64,000 bases of DNA. Source: Haliotis rubra (lineage: Eukaryota). The notes beneath the pieces are model-generated. The model saw only the letters and a list, made by a program, of their open reading frames with translations, was not told where the DNA came from and ran no database searches. How positions within the stretch are numbered: position 1 is the stretch's first letter; every line of letters begins with the position of its first letter. This document shows, piece by piece, positions 12,369 through 23,707 of this stretch. The stretch covers positions 186,001 to 250,000 of the forward strand of contig NW_025765137.1 of assembly GCF_003918875.1 (NCBI RefSeq), in the 5' to 3' direction. The translations under genes were made by a program, and so were the position numbers.

Positions 12369-12974
12369 AAGCTCGCCCAACGCGGATAATATATAATCAG
12401 GCCTCAACCACAAGGATTTCAACTTCCTTCCAGCTCGTTTTGTAAAGCATTTTTTAAGTAGGAAATGAAACAAGTCCAGATTTTCCTCAAATTCAGTCTC
12501 TCTTCTCACTGGGGCTACTTTTCAATATAAATGGAGTCTAGCAAAATTCTATATTTTCAGCTGGATTGGGTGGTCAGGCTCGCTGACTGGGTTGACACAT
12601 GTCATCGTATCCCAATTGCGTAGATCGATGTTCATGCTGTTGATCCCTGGATTGTCTGGTCCAGACTCGATTATTTACAGACCGACGCCATATAGCTAGA
12701 ATATTGCGTAGTGCGGCGTAGAACTGAACTCACTCACTCACTATATTTTCAGAGACTAAGCGTTTACTGGATTTTAAATAAATCATCAATTGTATTCTTT
12801 GGACAGGTTAAAGGGCACAGTATTTTCTGTACTTGTATTGTAAGACAAATGTAATAATATTGGTTTCTATAGAACAGGTGTTCCTTCAGTCAGGGTGGAT
12901 ATTTGAGAATCATTTTACTTTTCTGAAATGATTTATAACACAAAGCAGTCATGTTTCAAGTCTTTTAGACGAGT

Positions 12975-13480
12975 TCCCTTTGTTCGGAACAAGCAAATAG
13001 TCAATACTCTTCTCTAACAATATTTAGGGGCGGTGGTGTAGCCTAGTGGTTAAAGCGTCACACCGAAGACCCGGGTTCTATTCCCAACATGGGTACAATG
13101 TGTGAAGCCTATTTCTGGTGTCCACCGCCGTGATATTGCTGAAATATTGCTAAAAGCGGCGTAAAACTAAACTCACTCACTCTAGCAATATATCGAGATA
13201 TCCGTTGTTCGGAACAAGCAAAGAGTCAATACTTTTCTCTAACAATATATCGAGATATCCGTTGTTTGGAACAAGCAAAGAGTCAATACTCTTCTCTGAC
13301 AACATATCGAGATATCCGTTGTTCGGAACAAGCAGGGTGTCTAATCTCTTCATTAACAAGGTATCGAGATATCCATTGTTCGGGGGAAGCAGAGCGTCTA
13401 CACTCTTCTTCACCAAGGTATTGAGTTAACCGTAGTTCGGAACAAGCAGAGTGACGATACTCCTCTTAAACGGTATATCG
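12975..13480. repeat. 57-bp minisatellite, about 6 units, with a SINE inserted at 13027-13181
   Basis: Unit TATCGAGATATCCGTTGTTCGGAACAAGCAAAGAGTCAATACTCTTCTCTAACAATA; starts at 13191 and 13248 give the period. Confidence 0.85.
13027..13181 (+). mobile_element. SINE family A
   Basis: Full length, inserted in the 57-bp minisatellite. Confidence 0.9.
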
Positions 13481-13711
13481 CTGAAATCCTTACATTATTA
13501 AAGATATATCACATCTAAATAGTACATTGTTAAAAATTTCAACATTCCTTCAACAGATACAATTTGAAATGGAACAAATCCCACTCCTAAGGAGAAAACA
13601 TACCCTCAACATGTCTCCTCGTTTACTCCCATATCCCCATCACCCATATGCATATGGTCCTCCCCTGACTTCTATTAAGATGTGGTTTAACTATTCATTA
13701 CTGTAGTGTTA

Positions 13712-13877
13712 GTGAGTGAGTGAGTTTAGGTTTACGCAGCTTTTAGCAATAGTTCAGCAATATCACGGCTGGGGACACCAGAAATGGGCTTCACACACTG
13801 TACTCATGTGGGGAATCGAACCCGGTTCTTCGACGTGTCGAGCGAACGCCTTAACCACTAGGCTACCCCACCAACCT
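13712..13877 (-). mobile_element. SINE family A
   Basis: Full-length match. Confidence 0.88.
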
Positions 13878-13937
13878 CTGTAGTTTTACAAATGTGTAGA
13901 AGTACATGCCAAAGCCAGATTCAAATGTCACTTTTTG

Positions 13938-14158
13938 TCTTCTCGTGTTATCACTTTCTCGTCTCGTGTTATCGCTTTCTCATCTCGCGTCATTGCTTTC
14001 TCATCTCGCGTCATCGCTTTCTCGTCTCGTGTTATCGCTTTCTCGTCTCGTGTTATCGCTTTCTCGTCTCGTGTTATCGCTTTCTCATCTTGCGTCATCG
14101 CTTTCTTATGTCGCGTTATCGCTTTCTCGTCATGTTTTATTGCTGTCTCGTGCTATCA
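13938..14158. repeat. 21-bp minisatellite, about 10 units
   Basis: TCTCGTCTCGTGTTATCGCTT repeated; produces spurious SSRVIAF ORFs. Confidence 0.9.
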
Positions 14159-17100
14159 TGAGTGAGAGAGTAAGTATAGTTTTCCGTCGCTTTTAGCGAT
14201 ATCACGGCGGGGGACAAAGAAATGGGCTTCACACATTGAACCCATGTGGGAAATCGAGCCTGGGTCTTCAGTATGACGAAAGCACAATTTCAACGAGTTT
14301 CCTCAAAACTTCTTTTATTCAATAGATGTATTTCTTTAAAAATGCATCGCTATTGTATCCCCTTTGTCTGTTTAATGCATTCAGCAAACATTCGGAACAT
14401 CCCACTCAAGGCAGGACCCAGCGATACTGTTCTTGTGATTTAACACTTCCTTACGTCGGCGGATCTGACGCATGTACATATGCGCGGGTCACAATGACCT
14501 TACACCAGTCACATGGTGACCTTTCTGGCAAATTTCCAAATTCAAACTTCAAACAAATTGTATACAAACGTAACGCCACCTTCAGGTTGCCAAATCACCC
14601 CTCTTTTGATTAAACACTAAATCGCCTGGCGAACCCGTGTGCAAATTACGCATTTAAATCTCCAAATCATCATCATCATCATCATCACCTTGCACCTCCA
14701 TCTATAAAACCTGAATGCCATGATCCGACGGGGCTAGATTCATCGACAACAGCGGACGGATTGTGCGGCCATCTCAATCGTTAACCAGCACTTCATACTA
14801 CCTACACATTCTCACTGGACATATCTAATAAACTACATTTGTATATCTGTACACGTATGTACAGGTACATTCTCGGTCTCGCGTGTCGTGATTGAAGAGA
14901 ATGTCCTTGACTTATGTGTGTATGTACGAGTATCTGACTCTGTTTGTAAGGGACAATTTGTCACGACCATTATTGCAGAACTCTATGTGCCAATGCTCGA
15001 GAATAACGAGTTTCGATTTTCCAAATTAAAATTGAGTAAAGACACCAGATGTTCGCTGAAGGGCGAGTGCTTGCCTCAGATGCATGTGCAAAGCTCTTTC
15101 GAACCGTAATCAAACAGTAGAATCTCATGCGGGCAAGGGGCGGTGGGGTAGCCAACAAGTCAAAACATTGATTACACAACAGTCTCGTTTCCTGTTGACT
15201 GGGTTCCGTCCTATTGCGCAACTTAGTACAATAACCATTTCAGAATTTTGAGACCAATTCATTTAACTGGATACATAAATATTAATCAGTATTATTTGAT
15301 ACATCTAAGCACTTGAATATGGCAACACTACGCTCCTTATAATCTTTGCAAACATGTCGTGCAGCGTGCTCTGACAAACAGAAACCTGGAAATCGTGGAA
15401 ATCTCAAAACGAGGCTCTGCCGCTAGAAGAGTTTGGCGGTCTGGTACGGACCTGATATGATATCAATCACATTGTGCGTTACAGAACTACATTGAATAAG
15501 CGCACACAACACATAACAGGTGTCACCAGTGGGCTAGATGTATTGTGAATCATTTTACGATCTCGCCAAACTGGAGCAGTCTGTGACGTCTTAGTTAAGG
15601 TCATGCTGCCTACACCTCGATATAAAATATAGAAATACGATGTTATTATAAGTTTAAAAGTAAAATTCATTGATAAATACCATTTTCTTATGTAACAAGG
15701 AATTGGAATTCAGTGTAACCATAGTTGTTTATGATGTTTATTTGCACTTTCACACAGAGAAAATTCGGATCGGCTGAAAAGTAGGTCATTGTCTGAATTG
15801 GTTAATGAGACTCATGTTTTGGTTTGAGGTTAAAGCGTTCGCTCGTCACGCCGAAGACCCAGGTTCGATTCTCCACACAGGTACAATGTGTGAAGCCCAT
15901 TTCTGGTTTCCCACTGACTGCAATTGCACGAGATGTCATGCATCGACGTGTTTCGATCAGTCAAAATATGAATGGACAAAGGTGCGTCACTGATAATAAA
16001 ATATTGAATAAACCATTTACAATTACAATTACTATTACGAGATAACATGTTTGCGGCAAAATGGGTCGCAGAATACACCAGAGAGATCATCCAGTATAAA
16101 TATTGATGTATAGGAACCAATCCTCTATCAAGAACGGAACGCAATACCGTAAATTCAAATGCAACGTCTGATACAGTCATTATGGAGGAGGGTCAGGGAT
16201 GTTATTGCAGTTTTCGTTCAATTTGCGTTTAGATTTGTCATTTAATTCTTCCTTGAGGGGCAATCTTCCAGGATATTAAGTTAAACTGAGTTTTGGATAA
16301 GGTCATCTGCTATGGTTAATGGTACATCTTGTTACGAAAATATAGGGTGTTGCGAGACTTTTCCCCATGTGTATATGTTATAAAACTCATCGGAAGGTTT
16401 TAACATTGTAATTAACGCCATGCAAGGCACTTTGACAATGTCTCTGCCAAATTAATTAATTCATGGATTGACATTCTTAAAATAATTTCGACCGGCTCAC
16501 ATTGAAGGGGAAATGGGCTTCACACATTGTACCCATGTGGGGAATCGAACACATATCTTCGGCGTGACGAGCGAACGCTTTAACCGGTATAGGCTACCCC
16601 AAAGCCCATCAAACAACTCAGACTAACGCTGAGTCACTGAATATATGTAGCTTCTATACAAACAACAAAATCTACTGAAATTAAAAAATAGCCCCCGTTA
16701 GTTGAGAAATTCAGACTTAACCGGAGGAAAATTTAGACTTGCTTCGTTTAGAGCTGTGTCATTACAGAAGGGGCATTAGAGCTGTGTCGTTACAGAAGGG
16801 GCCTGGTGGAAGTGAAAATAATGTGGTTCTGAGACTATGAGACAGGCTACAGAAACCGCCACATTTGGAGTAATATGTCACAGTTTTCCGTGCCGTGCCG
16901 TCCACTTTGTACTGATAAATCAATAAACGCGTACGGATAGACCAACTGATAACTTATCGGATGCATATTAATGTACTACATGATTTTTAAAAGGCACAGA
17001 CGCGAGACAAATGCATTGGTTCAATAACATCAAACTACACGTGTGGTGAACAGCAACTTTATCCCTAATTGCCGACACGGCGATTGTTTGTTATGAAGAA

Positions 17101-17209
17101 ATTGTGGTTAAGGCTCTTAAGCTATATATTTTAACTATTAATTTCGGACACTAAGGTTATTAACTTCCAGTGTTATAAACCTGGACCAACGCGTCTGGTA
17201 TTCACACAC

Positions 17210-17360
17210 TGCAACAATACTTCAATTATTAAACAATGGACAATGTTTCAATTATTAAACGAAGGAACAACAATTCCAGTACAGAAAATATTGGAACAAT
17301 ACTTGCAGTATTGAAACAATGGGACAATATTTGCAGTATTGAAACAATAGAACAATACTA
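17210..17360. repeat. About 30-bp degenerate tandem repeat
   Basis: aacaatacttgcagtattgaaacaatgg-like units. Confidence 0.6.
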
Positions 17361-17433
17361 CCAGCCCAAAACATGTCTTCTGTTGGCTTTTCCGCTTTGT
17401 CCCTCTGTTTACTAAGTTTGTAGATACAGCAAC

Positions 17434-17652
17434 AACCCGTGAAGATCCGGGTTAGAACTGAACTTCAGTAACCCATGTTTGTGAGAGGCGACTGCCAGGA
17501 TCAGGTGGCCAGCTGCAGGTTCACAAACGTGGTTGACACATGTCATCGTATCCCAATTACGTAGATCGATGCTCATGATGTTGATCAATGGACTGTCTGG
17601 ACCAGACTCGGTTATTTACAGACCGCCGTCATATAGCTGGAATATTGCTAAA
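17434..17652 (+). mobile_element. Retroposon family B
   Basis: Starts AACCCGTGAAGATCC. Confidence 0.85.
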
Positions 17653-18967
17653 CAGTACAGGAACAAGTGTGATGAAAATGGTGAGGTGACTCAGGGATAC
17701 CCCACCTGACCAACACCATGTACATATATCATACAACTAAACAACATTAAACAATATTCACGAAACACTTTGCGAACACCATGTAATACTTACTGTGTCA
17801 AAATACGAGATAATCCCCACGGACGTCAAGGCAATGTTCAGTCAACGGCCCAGGTAGATAAGTCAGGTATTAATGTCAAGGTGACACAGGTGAACAGCTC
17901 AATCATTTTCGTTACCATGGAAACGATAGATTACTGAAACTGTGTCCGATGATACTGACGAAGTTCATGTGAGCTGTGTGTCACGCTGTGTGTCGGTGCT
18001 TTCTAATGAACGTGTTACGAACGCTCAACAAGGGCTTCCTCATCACCCAGATCGAGCAATCGCGTTGAGATGCAGGACGTAGTTTTGTGTAATAACCACC
18101 TCGTGTTAATCCGGGACAAGCCGATTGGAGCTCCCTCTTCGGGTTACGGTAACGGACGAGTAGTCACAAACCTGTAGGTATCAGCCCGAAGGACACAAGT
18201 ACGATATGTACAAAGGTCACACGCAACTTGACTGCCTAACTGTGGGATAGTGCGTCGGGGCATCAGCGGAGGTTGGGTTGTATCTCTCAACGAGCTTGAT
18301 GGCTGAACGCTACTTTAGACAGTACTCAAGCTATGTCGAGTTATATAATAATAACAATGGACAAGTTGCAGCGCGTGGGGATAAACCTGCATTATCCTTG
18401 CAACGGCACTTACTGACGTTCCCGCTTCCAGCATGTCAACGTGACGTTCACGCTGCACATTTGAGAGGCGCGGCATAGGAATTCGGCAACAGTGATTTAA
18501 AGTGTTTTTTCACTTTGTACTGTTGATTGGAACATGTGCGTTCAAATGCACGGGCAATGATAAGATCACGTGACCAGTGGCACGTGAAAAACACGTTTTA
18601 GCACTTTAGTGGGGTGCACGATATTGACTTAAATGTGCTGTTGTGCGGTTTTTTTCTTGAGTCGATACCAGGGGATTAATATTATGATACCCGATATACT
18701 ATACTAAATATGAATTGTGAAGCTTTTATTTTGACTCGGTATACGAGGTGTGTTTATATATTGACCATGAATTGATGCAGAATGAAAAGGCATGTAAATA
18801 GATATTTATGTGAAAAGGCATGTAAATAGATATTTATGTGATTCAGTTTGATGTTTGATGTTGTGGAAATGTGTTGAGATGACCCCTGGTGACTTCTATT
18901 GTTGTGCCAATCATCACGCTTGACTGCATCACACATTGTGAACAACAGGTGGTGGCAGTGTGAGGAG

Positions 18968-19877
18968 GGTGTCAGCCCGATCTGTCGACAAATGAAAAAT
19001 AGGATATCCCTAACTGTCGACAAAACAAAAAAAACCCGGAATGTCGACATCGCGTGGTCAACATACCGTGACGGTGTTAATTAATGAAAGAGAATGTTTG
19101 CTTAGTGGTTGCAAGTGGCCATGGCGGCTACAGCTATGCCCGTATCATGAGTAAATGAATTAAGTAGATTAAAGAGAATGTCGTTTTAACAATTTGCAAG
19201 AGAATTAAGGTTGCAAAAACAGATTATTATTTTACGTTATGCGAGTGGAAGGATTACCATTTTGGAGTTTAACATGCAACAACATGAGAAACGGAGAGCT
19301 TACAAATTATTTTGTGATATTGGGAGTAGAAGGAAACAGACTGCAGCGACTCAGGGACTTCAGCTTTCTCCTGATGTGTTTCAGTTGGACTTTGAACGTG
19401 CATCTCACAACGCCTCCAGTATTGTATTTCCAAATACTCAGCTTCGTGGCTGCTTCTTGCATTACACCCAGTGCATCTGGCGTCGCACACATCTTGGCTG
19501 AACATTCAGATTACTTTAGTGCAGATATAAAGGTGTTTTGGCAAGAAGAAATAACTGGACTCATCTTTTATATATTTATTACTTATACACCTGCAGAAAT
19601 TACTTATTTATATAAAACACACACAAATATATTGTGTGAGCTTTATGAAATATATGAACAAATACGCTATATTATGTGACATATGATACATGCATGTTGT
19701 TATATTGACTGAATAAATATATTGTCTATATATATCACACTCTGTTTTAATTAGTTTGTTAATTCGAGAACACTGGGAGTGAAGTCACTCATGTAGAACA
19801 TCACCTCCCTTTTCCCGGGCTGTCGACAAGTATTTTGGACGGATTATTTCTTGTTGTCGACAGTCCGGGCATAAACC
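18968..19877 (+). mobile_element. Non-autonomous MULE with transposase remnant
   Basis: 8-bp TSD GTGAGGAG (18960-18967, 19878-19885); imperfect TIRs GGTGTCAGCCCGATCTGTCGACAA / TTGTCGACAGTCCGGGCATAAACC with repeated TGTCGACA; internal remnant FQLDFERASHNA...FP...LRGCFLHYTQCIWR (about 19360-19490). Confidence 0.85.
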
Positions 19878-20513
19878 GTGAGGAGATGCCGGAGTCTGCT
19901 TATGCTTACAAGGTAAAATAGCTGCAATGTTAAATAAACAACTAGTGGTTTTGAATTTTACTGCCTTTAACCTTCCAGACAGACAGGCAGATATTTTATT
20001 GAATTCTCACCTCATGTAAAAGTACAGATATATACACATACACATAATATACATAATTTAAGGGTTATGAGGGACTATAATTAAGGTAACCTCCCATTAC
20101 CCCTACATGCCACTACCCCTACAGCTTATAACAACATAGTTTATGGTCTGTTGCATAACTAATCTCCTGCCTGTTACCTATTCCATACAGTGGACTGGTC
20201 CACTTAAGATGCACAACATGACACAAGACAGATTTTAAAAGTGACTTTAATACATGTGTTATCACAAAGTACCACATCATTGAGATCAATTGTCAAGTTT
20301 TTCAGTCTATTTACATTCAGTGTTTTAATCATCTCATCTCATATCACATCAGGATAAGAGAAAAACCAAATTATTACATTATCAAAAGTGTGACCTTAAT
20401 ACATCACACATTGAGATCAATAATTGTCAAGTTTTTCAGTCTATTTACATTCAGTGTTTTCATATCATCATATAAGGATGAACAAAAGATCACATTATCA
20501 CAAGTGTTTCATA

Positions 20514-21011
20514 TCAACATATATATGTTGTCACGATGTAGTCGTTGAAGTCGCCAGCTCTTGGGACGTCAGGAGTGTCATCCATGGCTTCAATCCAAGT
20601 GTCTTGGACCGCGGCTTGAGGAAGTAGAGGTAGTCCAGCTGCTCTCCTGATCCACTTGGTGACTTCGGGGTTTTCCTTGTAGGCAACAGCTAGTCCAAGA
20701 TCCTGAACCGTCCTCCAGATGGCTTGACAGAAATGGAAGAAACAGCCCTTCACGTCAGCAGTGGGAAATTCTGTTTCTATGGCGTGGATTGCTGCTAGCT
20801 CAAAATCGGTCTGGATGCAGGCAGGATCAAGCGGTCTGTTGAGTCTCTGCTGAACTTCATCCTTGAGCAATCGGAAGAGTCTGGAGTAGGTTGTTGTCTG
20901 GCGGTCCGGAAGAAGGGCGAAGATGAGGGGATATGTTGAGCTGCCACGTCTTGCATGGATGATGTATACTTGATTCCACAGTGCAGGACAGGCTGTGAAA
21001 GTTCCATCCAT
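20514..21011 (-). pseudogene. MULE (Mutator-like) transposase fragment
   Basis: MDGTF...QVYIIH...PLIFALLP...Y.RLF...IQTDFE.A...A....FP...VKGCFFHFCQAIWR is the MULE DDE core with the CxxH motif; truncated at both ends. Confidence 0.9.
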
Positions 21012-21113
21012 GTAGAGGTTATAAATAACATCATCGTTACCGACCTACATAACTACATTCACGGAGTTGACTCTCGTACAAGAGGATAATCTAATAACAA
21101 CATTGCACAAATA

Positions 21114-21246
21114 AGCAATATTCCAGCAATATCACGGCGGGGGACACCAGAAATGGGCTTCACACATTGTACCCATGTGGGGAATCGAGCCCGGGTCTTC
21201 TGCGTGACGAGCCAACGCTTTAACCACTAGGCTACCCAACCGCCCC
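21114..21246 (-). mobile_element. SINE family A (3'-truncated)
   Basis: Head and body intact. Confidence 0.88.
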
Positions 21247-21568
21247 ATATACATATACAGTATAAGTAAAATATGCTACGACAAGTCGCTCAGCGACCTA
21301 TCAGAGACATCTTAAAACATGCAAGTAGGCTACTCAAACACAAGTATAAAAATAAAACAAAATACAGCACTATAAAATGGTTATGTAAATAAGCCATATA
21401 ATATTTCACATGACATGACACAAGATACCAGACAAGGACCTGAACACTTTCAGTTATGTTACGCCGTACCAGGTAAGTCTTAAGCCGGGCCAGTAAGTGC
21501 GGGAGGATAGCCTGAAGTCATGCCTGTAGCGAAACCACAGGCAACAAACCTTGCAGCAAAACTAACCC

Positions 21569-21616
21569 CATCTTCGATAACTCCAGGGTATACTTTCCCT
21601 GGAGTTATCGAGGATG
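21569..21616. mobile_element. 48-bp micro-MITE of the same family as 12188-12368
   Basis: 20-bp TIRs CATCTTCGATAACTCCAGGG / CCCTGGAGTTATCGAGGATG, 8-nt spacer, 9-bp TSD AACTAACCC (21560-21568, 21617-21625). Confidence 0.9.
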
Positions 21617-23707
21617 AACTAACCCGTGAGTATGATTTGAAGACATGTCAACACAGGACGAAAAGTCGGAATGTACGTCACTGAAACTTACAAAAGGAAA
21701 TACATGCTAAGATCGGATTTGTGTATGTTTTCCGTTAACTTTTCGGGCGCTTATTTTTTTATATGAAGCTAACCTTTGAAACATGTGCATATCGTATATT
21801 GCCGTATGGATGTTGCAGTGTTGTATATATGTCTGTATGTTACATACTGTTTGAGAGGCATACTTGAAGTTGCAATTGATTATCATCTTGTTTATCATCC
21901 ATTGTCATTGTACGTACGTACGTATGTATGTGTGTATATATCATTCTCATGATGATCACATTGACAGTGTGAAACCAGTTAGAATTGAAGAAATTAAATC
22001 TGTACCAAGGATCTTCAGACTTCTGTCTTTTATATGTATATATCTAGTGTTAAACCCCAATTAAAGTTATACATCCTTTTGTTGAGTTAACGTTTGTGAA
22101 CTTCTTCAGTCAAGGACTTCATTAAGCTAATTGTATTTGGAAGGGGTGAATTTGCATACCTCTTGGTTCTACAGATGATTTTTTTTGTAAATACAATCGG
22201 TTTCTAAGATGCAATTACTTATCTCAGCAACTGTGTCTAGTACTATTTCAGTTAGATAATCTGGTGCCATGCGGTTGTTCATTAGGGATCATTTCTGGAA
22301 CTATTAATTCATCAGGATTAATATATTTCAATATTGTGGTGTTTTAGTCGCTTAACCTTTAATGAATATATTGAAAATAATCTGGTGCATAGCACTTTGG
22401 TACAATTGTGGTCAGATAGCACGACACATGGTGAGATAGTGCCTGATCTTGCTGTCTGTATTGGCCCCTTGAAATCTACCCAGGTATTTGACAGCTGTAT
22501 CTCGTGTATCCACCACGATGACAGTTGACAGTTGCCACCCTTTCTCCAGTTGATTACTAAGTGCCAGCTCGCTGTGGAAGGAAACATGAATTGCTGCAGG
22601 TGTCACACGCATACTGAGACCAACAAAGATGGTTTGAGTACCGACATTCAAGAAACACCATCAGTGAGTGAGTTTAGTGTCACGCCACACTCAGCATTAT
22701 TGTGCGGAATATTGATTATTAAATGTTGTGACTAAAATAACACAATATTGAAATATATTTATCCTGACGAATAAATAGTTCCAGGGGCCAAATCAGTGAG
22801 CCTGACCACCTGCTCTCTCTCGTTAGGACAAGCATGGGTTACTGAAGATTCTAACCTGGATCTCCACAGGTGAAACACGATCAGGGCAATCAGGATTCCA
22901 ACAAACAAGTGATGCAACTCTGCACAGAGAATTGACCTGCTTCAAGCAACCCAACATAATAATAGACAACATTTTCTTCCAAGATGACTTTATTCATAGT
23001 TCTCATTACAAACGTAAGACTGCGTAAAGTTACAGTCCATGAGGTCTGCCAGAAAACAGGGCAAAGAAGACAAGTAAAAAGAGGTGTGTTTGGTAAGTCA
23101 CTCATGTATTTGTTTTAATCAGTACACAACAGACAGCATCAATGCTATCAATAATTTACAAGTCAAGGAGGTCCACAAAAAACAGCTGATATATTTTTTT
23201 CATGCTTATGTATTCATAAAGCCCATCTTTTAAAAATTGCAATTACCATTATAGGAAGAGTGTTTGTTCGGGCAATCTCAAAATAAAAATTATCAGTGTA
23301 AAATTCATAAAATGTGTGAAGACTTATCACCAAATCTTGGATTTCAATGAAGGACAGGAGTTCAAATTAATAATAGTGACATGATATCTCAGTACAAAAA
23401 TACAAATTTCAGTTTTACAAAAATATAATAAAAAATACACTGCTAGCATGACTACAGCACCCTCAAAAAGTTCATGTACTTTATAACTGATCCACACAAG
23501 AACACCAGTTTCAGGAATGTCTCATTTTACAGAATTTGTTAATGTTATATTTTAGTAAATTAATATGTTTGATCCCAATCTTAAAAGGCAGTGGTGTCGA
23601 GTGACTTAAATTTTACTATAAATGTTACAGTCATTCATACTAGCCTTGTTTGAAAATTTGAATATGATTGAAATATTTAAAACTAAAATGAAACAACATA
23701 AATATCA

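Noticed and set aside
13027-13100. tRNA-Asp-like genes in family A heads
   Set aside because: The acceptor and anticodon stems are imperfect, and each head continues into a SINE body and tail in about 30 dispersed copies.
13177-13429. 19-aa repeat ORF (VPNNGYLD...)
   Set aside because: Product of a 57-bp minisatellite interrupted by a SINE, with no splice or homology support.
13892-14196. Repetitive ORFs (SSRVIAF, LSRLVLS)
   Set aside because: All three frames are open because of a stop-free 21-bp minisatellite.
14888-15221. Short ORFs and a TATA-like motif near 14700-15100
   Set aside because: No recognisable domain or coherent splice structure.
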